Positions 58,139 through 64,000 of a stretch of DNA of 64,000 nucleotides are shown here, piece by piece (the first letter of the stretch is position 1; each line of letters starts with the position of its first letter). The stretch spans positions 186,001 to 250,000 of the forward strand of contig JAHLWZ010000222.1 of assembly GCA_020536535.1 (NCBI GenBank), in the 5' to 3' direction. Source of the DNA: Pelomyxa schiedti. Lineage: Eukaryota; Protista; Evosea. The position numbers and the translations under genes are program-made. The notes beneath the pieces are model-generated. The model saw only the letters and a program-made list of their open reading frames with translations. It was not told the DNA's origin and searched no databases.

Positions 58139-59462
58139 ATGTTCCATCGTAGATCCGGGTCATCCAAGAGCGGCGACAACAGCAATGGGGGGGGACACAA
58201 CAACGGCCACAGCCCCACGCCGAACTCGCGGGCGCACGGGGCGAGCTCGCCCCCGCCGCAGTCGGCCTCCGCCGCCACCGTGTTGATGTCGCCACCTCGA
58301 TCCCCCGGAGACAACTTGCGGGGCGCGGCTACGACGTTCTTTCTCGTGCGGCACGGGGACAAATTAGGGGACGACCTTACTGGTATGTGCTCGGGTTTCC
58401 TTCTTTTTTGTGTTTTGTGTTTTGTGTTTTGGGGTTTTTTGATTTGTGTTTTGTATTTTGTATTGCAACCTGTTAGTGGGAGTAACAGGGTTAAGTGGCG
58501 GGTGTAATCATTCCAGGCAGATATCGGAGTCAGGGAGGCAGATGCCCTGGCTGAGAGAATGTCGGGTGCTCAGCTGACGCATGTATATACCAGTCCAGCT
58601 AGAAGAGCACAGAAGACAGCTAAGCCGACATGTGACGCCACTGGAATTGAGCCGGTTGTGCTGCCTTGGTTGATGGAGGCCAGCCAACTCAGAGTTGACC
58701 AAGGCGGCCGGAATTACTGCATTTGGGACACATTTGGCGAGTATGCACTTCCATCTTTTATTAAGAGACTTTGCGTCAACTTGATATATGTGGCACCACT
58801 AAACTGTCTGTAGAACGATTCGCGGGGAGTCGAAGTTACCCTCCACAAGGGATTGGTAGCCATCTCCCGTCATTACATTTATTGCGTTTTAAAAGCTGAT
58901 TTTTTTAATAGGGCCACCAGAGAACCGTTTAATACCCCTGAGATAGTGGAGGCCTGGAACAATTTCTGTGACGATGTCGATTCCATGCTGCTTCAGCACG
59001 GCTACAAACGGGAAGGATATGTGTATAGACTTGTACCTCCCGCACCCGAGGTGGCTGAGGTCTTACAAAAACACACTGGAACTTGTGGGGTAGGACATGG
59101 CGGTCGCATTGCCTTGTTTTGTCATAATGGCACTTTACTCTTTCTTCTTGCACACATGCTGGCAATACCCCTGCCTCTCGTTTTTTGCGGTTTCTTCTGC
59201 TGCCCTAGTAGTGTCACAACAGTTGCGCCCTTTTCCCCCCTTCTGTTACTTTTCATTAATGTGTTTTCTCTTCATTAGATATGCATGGAACAGCACTCCG
59301 ATGAAATAGCCGTTCCTCGTTGCCTTGGTGTGGCAGATGTATCACATCTGTTCAAAAAGGTTCCCCTTGTGATTGAAATTAAGTCGGCCTAACACATAAA
59401 CATAGGGACTGGAACCAGTTCCAAGGGGAATGGGAGACTACTTCCCCCAATGGCGCTGGTAG
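58139..59462 (+). CDS. Histidine phosphatase (phosphoglycerate mutase-like) superfamily protein
   Basis: TFFLVRHGD (RHG), LT|DIGVREADALAERM, VYTSPARRAQKTA, LPWLME, IALFCHNG (second catalytic His), PSSVTT|I, VPRCLGVADVSHL. Confidence 0.86.
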
Positions 59463-59782
59463 GCCAATATACAAAACAAAAGGAAGTGGGTTTGTTTGTC
59501 AATAAGCATGGTGTTAGTTGTTTTGGGAGTTTTAGGCAGTAAATACCATTCCACCACCGAGGCCCCTTTTCTTTCCCCTTGGCTTTTTGTTGTCATTTTA
59601 CTGCACTTCTACTAAAGAGGCTTTGGTGGGTGTAAACCACGCGAAAGTATCAATCCTAAGTGTAACGAAGCCACGCACAATAAGGGAAACGCCACTATTA
59701 CACATTACAAGAAGCAAACTTTTCTTTCTCACTTCTTATTAGTGACATAGGTTTTTATACAGAGAGATACAGCACGTTGTTG

Positions 59783-60719
59783 TCACAGTATGTTGCAAAA
59801 CTTTTTCTTCTTGGGGGTTGAGTGTGCAAGAATGTCCCTCACAATTTGTGTGAATGCCTCCACAACGTTGTGCTTTGTACGGGCACTAGTTTCACTGAAA
59901 AAAACCTTTGTTAATCTGGGGTGTTTTGAGAAGATAAAAGCATACAAAAATCTTGCTGAATTAGCTTTGGCTAGGGCGTCTCCATCCTGAAAACAACGGT
60001 TATTACTTCACTGTGTTCTTTTGCTACAAGTGATGGGAATTCGTACTGCCGTAGGAATAACTCGGTCTTCCATATCGCATTTGTTACCAATTATCATCAA
60101 GTGGCGGTCTTCATCCTTGGGCTTCTGAGTCTTGATTTGATTAATTATATCTGTCAGAGCAAGGAATGAAGGCTTCAGGTTTATAGCATATACAAGTACA
60201 AATCTGTTTGTTGTACGTGAGAAGTTGAACTCTTTGTAGGTCATATAAAGGGGGGTTGGGATTTTTTTTTACCCTTGACCAGTCCGAATATACAACTCCC
60301 GCATTGCTAGACATCACATGTTAATGATACTTTTCAAATATTCGGAGGCATACTAACAAATTGCTCTGTTCCAGCAGTATCCAATATTTCCAGAAGATGA
60401 TTTGTTCCATCAACTGCAAGTGTTCTTTGGAAAGAGTTTTCAATAGACTATTAGAGTTGGTTTAGTCCAAGGTTTTGAATAGTATAATGAAAGTCTTTAA
60501 GTGTATGATACCGGCGTATAATCTGTTTCAAAGCGGTCTTGCACGAATCTTATTGTTATACAACCTAAATGGGGGGAAAAAAGACATTAAAACCATGGTT
60601 ACAACTCAGCTGCTCAAACAACATTCCACGAAGGAAAAAAAAAAAATAAAAAAAAGGTACTCACTTTTGCCAACACCACAACCGCCCAACATTACAAGTT
60701 TGATGGCCTTCGACGCCAT
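59783..60719 (-). CDS. Ras/Rap-family small GTPase with CaaX box CNIL; 5 introns
   Basis: KLVMLGGCGVGK|S (G1), YTP|SIENSF (G2), LDTAGTEQF (G3), IGNKCD (G4), ETSAR (G5), C-terminus RRKSFCNIL*. Confidence 0.9.
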
Positions 60720-60873
60720 TTCGTGTCGCGACACGTTGAAATAAAATGGAAACGAATAAAGAAAAGTTTTCGGTGTGATCTTCGCTTTCTTGTGTTCGGC
60801 GATTTGAAGAAACCCCTTCTTTTTTCGATTCTAACGAACAAGAACGCGTTATTGGTGTTGGTTGAGGGAACAA
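60720..60873. promoter_or_regulatory. Probable bidirectional promoter between the Ras-like gene and the Hint-domain gene
   Basis: Only 154 bp between divergent ATGs; position-based inference, no motif identified. Confidence 0.45.
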
Positions 60874-63345
60874 ATGGAGTTCGATGTTGCTGCAATGAAG
60901 TCTTCCCCCCGGAAGTACTTGTCAAGTTGGACCGAGACCCAATTGCGGGATTTGGTGGCCCATTTGCAAAAAACTGAGCAGGAGTCTGCACAACAATTTC
61001 TTCCAGTTGTCCTTGAAATGCTCTCTGCTTTTGAGGTGCGGTGGCACTTTTGGAAATATATGGCACTTAATTAGTTATTTTTTTTTTAGAATAGAAGACA
61101 GTCTGTTCACCGTGAGGCTTTGGAGAGATTGCACTCTGAGCCTGTAGCTTATTGCAGGACCCTCAATGCTGATCAATTGATTCAGTTGTGGTCACTTGTT
61201 CAGTGGAAAAATGGGGCCAGATTGGCTGATATCTTCATGTTGGATGCTCTGTGGGACGCAGTTGTTGCCAAAGTATTCTTACTTTGGTGATGTATTGTCA
61301 ATACCCTTTTATTAGGTGGCAGCGGATCCTGCATCTGTGATTGAAAAGTTTGAGCTGCCTGATTTGATTTACTTCTATAGAACCATGAAGCAGAGGATGT
61401 CTACTCCACAACGAGTTCCCGTAACAGTTCACCCAGCCATAATAGCTTATGTATTTCTCTGCAGGTTTACTCAACTTTAACTCCATTTCTAGCTGGAAAA
61501 GCAGTGCTTTGAGAAGGTTTCAATTAAATTGTTGCTATCCCTGTCATATCCCTTTTAGAGTGCAGGGGACACAGTGAAATGGATGCACCGCTTAAAGGAA
61601 CCTGAACCTTGGCGCCCATTAAGTGAAGAAATATCTCAGGTGAGATAACTTCTTACTTCTATTCTAATCCCATGATAGTGGCTTGATTACTGTTATACAA
61701 CGTCTGCTTTTTTAACTGAAATAAATGGATCTCATCCTGTTTTTGGAAGCTGGAGTGCTGATCTCGAAGCAATGAAATTTAATGCCTTTGGTGTATTCAC
61801 CAATCATCAACTCCGGTACTTGCTTTTTTCAGGCTTGTGAAACCTATTTTGTGTCCAGGAGAAATGGAGCCCCACCATTCCGACTCCACCGAGTCATGCC
61901 CCATTGTAGCTACGGCTCCGGGGTTCGACCTCATACTCAACTAGTGCAGTCTTCTTCCCCCATAAGGTTTTATATGTCAACTTCTCACTCAACTGACAGT
62001 TATTAGCTTCGTCAACCTCCCAAAGAACGTTGTAGTTGATATATTAACGAAAATCCTCTCCCCTGCTCCGTGCCCTTGTCACGCATACTCAGCTGTACGA
62101 CTAATATTGTCATTTGGATTTTCTCAATATTAGTAGCTTTTTAACTTGCGGGAGGTGATTTATTCTCTGTGCACTCTTGAACTCACCTGCCGTTTTTTCC
62201 ATACGCCTGTTTCCGATTTTGCTAATCGCACAATAACTGAGTATTTTTCCCACTTGCAATGTGTGGCTCCAGCAAGTCTCCACTAACACGATTGTAATAG
62301 GGAGGCAGCGCGCCTTATCTCACTTCAACTGAAGCTACACAAGGGGGGTGTACATGACTACAAGTATGAACTTTTTCATTCTGCTAAGGGTGTGTTTGTA
62401 CTCCTTCCCCACTTCAATCTCAATTAGTATAGAGCAAGAAAGGGAGTTAAAAGAAAACCTTTATGACCGTCTTTATGACGGAAGAAGACGCAATAAAACA
62501 ATAGAATCTATCATTCTCTCTGGATTTGGAGCGATTGAACCCGCCCTATGCAGGGTTAGCATAATTTCAACTCACTGATTTATTGCTTATTAAGGAATTA
62601 GCCAACATGCTTCCTTGGGGATGGAATAGTTGAAACCATAACTGGAAGCAGGTTAAAGTCCAGAATTATTCCCTTCAAAGTAAACGCCACAAAGATCTGT
62701 TGGTGATATAAGGATTGGTGATAGTGTGCGAACCGAGAAGGGCTACAGGCGTGTTGTATGTGTAAAAACAACTCCTGTCACTGGACCCACCAAACTGGTT
62801 TACATTAATGGTTTGGGTCTCACACCAAGTCACCCGATATTTGTCCCCTCAGGCCTTCGCCCCAAGGATGATCCCAAATCCATCCAACCAGTGACAATAG
62901 ACTATTCACTCGTTAAGGTTGCTTCGTCTTATTCTGCAATTTCCACTCAATTTGGCTCATTAAGTTTTCCAGAATATACCGTGCCAATGTGAGTGGATTC
63001 ATCCTTGGGAGCTAAGCAAAGCTACAATTGTCAGTGATGCAGATTTTCTCTACAACTTTGAGCTTGAAGGTATTAGCATTCCATGTTTTGAGTCCCACTT
63101 ACCTTTTTTTTTTCTCAAGGTGGGCCCAATGTAAGTTTCCTCTCTAGACTCCTTTGATGATTCGACTTAACAAAACATTAATTACATTTACAACCTGACA
63201 GGCCTATGACCACTCCATTTGGATAAACGGACTTCTCTTGGCCACACTGGGGAAGGATGTTGGAGATAGACTGAACAACAAGTGGCCTGAACTGGACAAA
63301 CAGTACACAACAGCGGTTCTTCCCCACCCAATAACATCTCATTAG
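60874..63345 (+). CDS. Multi-exon protein: helical N-terminal region, central F-box-like motif, C-terminal Hint (Vint-like) domain
   Basis: By-eye splicing gives a continuous frame from MEFDVAAMKSSPRKYLSSW through S|FVNLPKNVVVDILTKIL...VIYSLCTLELTCRFF to GFGAIEPALCR|PTCFLGDG...LTPSHPIF...LYNFEL...INGLLLATLG...*. Mid-gene junctions (61420-62430) are less certain than the Hint exons. Confidence 0.62.
62608..63345 (+). other. Hint domain (intein/Hedgehog superfamily) split over 5 exons
   Basis: Block A CFLGDGIVETITGSR|SVGDIRIGDSVRT (Cys codon TGC 62608-62610), block B LGLTPSHPIFV (TxxH), block F LYNFEL, and terminal HSIWINGLLLATLG. Introns 62652-62694, 62918-62972, 63070-63119 and 63131-63201, all GT-AG and frame-preserving. 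Confidence 0.8.
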
Positions 63346-63485
63346 ATATGGAAAAGGCTACTGGATGTCCTTGAAGAAAAAGTGGGAAGAAAGCACATGA
63401 TACTACAAAAATTCTTTTGTTGTACTTAAAACTATTACACACATGGATAAGGTGTTTTACATTTTTTTGGCTGTGGGGGCTCTAT

Positions 63486-64000
63486 TTACGGAGCGCATTG
63501 TTTGGCTGTTTGAAGGATTTTCTCCTTTTGCTCCTTTGTTTGTACAGATAAAATCAAAATCGTAGAGTCTTCAAGGTGAACTTCACACATGAAAACTCCT
63601 TTGCCTTTTTATTTTGTACTACAATTAGAAAAGACAATTAGACAAAAAACCTACCTGGCTCGTCGAGAATATCTTGTACACGTACTCTTCGCAAATCACA
63701 CTTGACTAACAGTTTGAGCTGCTTCTTCTTGTGCTTCCTCACAAGTAGTAGCATATCCGTCAATAAGTAATACAAGAGTGGTGTTTCAATTCCCTGATGC
63801 CACTCAGAAATGGCTCCTTCGGCAATTATATGACGAACACTGGTGAGTAATTCCTTGGAAAAGTGTTAGAAAGGGAACAGCCCCAGAGACATAGTTACGG
63901 GAATTTTTGGAATGAGAATCTTATCAAGTTCCTTTAACGCTTGAGTCTGCTGGTTTGTTGACTCCTGTCTCACCTGTATTGCTTTTTCAATTTTTGGAAG
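63486..64000 (-). CDS. 3' end of a PH-domain protein (probably DH-PH RhoGEF); 5' part outside the window
   Basis: LPKIEKAIQ|QTQALKELDKIL..|VRHIIAEGAISEW...LLYYLLTDMLLLVRKHKKK...|GKGVFMCEVH...ILILSVQTKEQKEKILQTAK..*: PH strands plus terminal helix after a helical segment. Confidence 0.6.

Noticed and set aside
61905-61940. GGTTCGA T-loop-like motif
   Set aside because: No tRNA cloverleaf around it, and it lies inside a probable exon.
62290-62345. In-frame TGA in LSHFN*SYTRG within the Hint gene (possible selenocysteine or readthrough)
   Set aside because: A different frame (GGSAPYLTSTEATQG) with proper AG/GT ends passes through without a stop; no SECIS identified.
62602-63345. Hint domain as a mobile intein with a homing endonuclease
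   Set aside because: No LAGLIDADG/HNH insert, no terminal His-Asn plus Cys/Ser/Thr, and four spliceosomal introns; treated as a domesticated Hint domain instead.

Overview
Eukaryotic, gene-dense and intron-rich DNA: about 27 protein-coding genes, short GT-AG introns (typically 40-120 nt) with T-rich tracts, and abrupt GC-rich patches inside exons. I found no rRNA, tRNA, CRISPR or transposon. The gene architecture, an Entamoeba-like actin D-loop, an axonemal gene and the large ankyrin-like proteins suggest a flagellated archamoeba such as Pelomyxa; this is inference. Recognisable genes: TmcB-like membrane protein (partial), CFAP44, MCM9, PSTAIRE CDK, LPCAT/LPEAT-type acyltransferase, DUF1764 protein, a two-RRM RGG/RD protein, two ankyrin-like repeat proteins, reticulon, RBM18, AHA1, a PMS1-type MutL, a PARG-like macrodomain protein, a HAT-repeat protein, actin, a histidine phosphatase, a Ras/Rap GTPase and a PH-domain 3' end. 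The most notable item is invisible in the ORF track because introns split it. It is a gene at about 60874-63345 whose spliced C-terminus is a complete Hint (intein/Hedgehog-like, Vint-type) domain with Cys1 and TxxH retained. The domain follows an F-box-like motif, with no vWA domain seen, and the gene sits head-to-head with a Ras-family GTPase carrying Cys12, Ser35 and Thr61. Other candidates are a non-canonical PARG-like enzyme (QDE instead of QEE) and a histidine phosphatase that both look bacterial, and an endonuclease-dead PMS1. All gene models were spliced by eye and family assignments come from remembered motifs, not database searches; exon boundaries and starts need RNA confirmation.
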